Origin: Macrostomum lignano
Taxonomy: Eukaryota
Direction of reading: 5' to 3'
NCBI GenBank assembly: GCA_002269645.1
Contig: NIVC01000095.1
Location: forward strand, 570,323 to 634,322
DNA length: 64,000 nt
Shown: one piece after another, positions 62,697 through 64,000 of the stretch
Position numbering within the stretch: position 1 is the first letter of the stretch
How the letters are laid out: every line of letters starts with the position of its first letter
Notes under the pieces: generated by a model
Told to the model about the DNA's origin: nothing
Databases searched by the model: none
The model's input: the letters and a program-made list of their open reading frames with translations, nothing else
Made by a program: the position numbers and the translations under genes

Positions 62697-63771
62697 ATGG
62701 TTCCGATTGAAAGGAGGTTTCTTCACGTTCTGCATATTTGGCTGGAAAAGCCTCACGTAGTTTGTCAGTCGATTTTTGGCGCAAAATATCTCGAGTTGCA
62801 ATCGTCTCAGACTCAGGAGCCGTTGGTGTATCGCAGACAACTGCTGCACAATTGTCTAGATGTTGAACCGTTGAATGAACGAATCTGCGTATCCTCAGGC
62901 GACCTCTGCGCTGAGTTTTTCAGCAGCGATTCGGAAGAGAGCAAAGAGTCACTTTATCGAATCCATGTGAATCAATTGCAATCGGGTTCTTCTGAGCTTC
63001 AATAGTAAGGATTTAATTCAGTTTTAAGAATCACCCCAGACAACACACTTCAAGAATCGCCCCGAAAATGTACTTTAGAATTGCCCAGAAAACATTATTT
63101 AATTAAGAATCTCCCCAGAAAATGCACTTTAGAAATCGCCCCAGAAAACACGCTTTAAGAATCGCCCCAGACAACACACTTTAAGAATCGCTCAAAACAC
63201 GCTTTAAGAATCGCTCCAGAAAACGGACTTTAGGATTCGCCCCCAGAAAATGCACTTTAGGAATCGCTTCAGACCACACGCTTTAAAAATCGCTCCAGAC
63301 AACATGCTTTAAGGAACGCCCAGAAAACACATTTTAAGAAACACGCAAATCGCTCCTAAATCTCCTGTGGCTCAAATGTCTTCACAGACAATGCTACTGA
63401 GCTGTAGATTTTTATCCTCAATGCGTTATTACGTTATTAATTACGCTTTACTACTCACCAAAATCATTTTTAGTTGCATAACAGTATCGGTCACAAGGCA
63501 ACCTACGACCCTTGAGCAGAGGTACTACAAACGGGATTGGCTGCAGAGCTGCCTTCAATCCAAGCTTAACCACTGGCTATCGCAGTGCCGCAATGAGCTA
63601 GATTTAGTCAAGACTCCGGCCTCTCTATCTTGCGTAGATTTGGCCGCCTACCAATCAATCTATTATCGAATGAAAGCTGTCTACGGGCCTAAACTAGTGG
63701 CTAACTGGTCGGAGAGGACTAACGCGGAAAAGTTTGTGTACGAAGATATTGGCATCGCCGCTTATTTGATG
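62697..63771 (+). CDS. TRMT44: tRNA (uracil-O2'-)-methyltransferase TRMT44, 5' exons 62697-63004 and 63474-63771; the gene continues beyond the window
   Basis: YQSIYYRMKAVYGPKLVANWSERTNAEKFVYEDIGIAAYL matches the TRM44 family motif (Y..LK.KY...W.E.TDP.KFVYED.AIAAYL). The phase-2 GT-AG junction is consistent. Confidence 0.8.
63030..63350. repeat. ~28-30-bp degenerate minisatellite (AAGAATCGCCCCAGAAAACACACTTT) in the TRMT44 intron
   Basis: About 10 imperfect copies. Confidence 0.85.
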
Positions 63772-64000
63772 GTGAGTCTATCGGGTTTGATTAGTCAGTG
63801 CAAAAATTTTCGTAGTCGCAGCCAGATTTTTCAGTAATTATTTTAGTACTTGCTAAACTGCGCTCAAAAAGCGCTGCTAACTTGTCCGCAACAATCGGCT
63901 TATTAATAGCAATCAGCAGTCTGATGTAAGCGCTGCTTAACGCAGCGACACCCTAATTTAAGGCTGATCTTTCGCGAAAGAGTCTATGGTTGACCACAAA

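Overview
Eukaryotic (metazoan) genomic DNA with GT-AG introns, dense minisatellites and nested transposons. The LINE family and gene style suggest a flatworm such as Macrostomum (inference only). Host genes, in order: a 4-exon NPC2/ML-domain gene (+, 1585-3838); a 7-exon secreted lectin with signal peptide, 5 F-type lectin domains and a WSC domain (-, 25705-11780); a 2-exon atypical class A GPCR (+, 33428-35883); a 7-exon furin-like proprotein convertase (+, 42972-55661); an ankyrin-repeat/IQ protein (+, ~59269-61113); and the 5' exons of TRMT44 (+, from 62697). Mobile DNA: a near-intact PIF/Harbinger transposon (7755-10810); a very young BEL/Pao LTR element (13393-19793) inserted in a lectin exon, whose intact 1713-aa ORF lacks most of reverse transcriptase; a decayed Gmr1-type Gypsy element (PR-IN-RT-RH order); LINE fragments; a tRNA-derived SINE; MITEs; and a Tc1/mariner remnant. 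The most notable locus is 11.8-25.7 kb: a modular, all-phase-1, apparently homogenised lectin array interrupted by an RT-less but recently mobilised retroelement. All coordinates and counts were read by eye; no searches were run.
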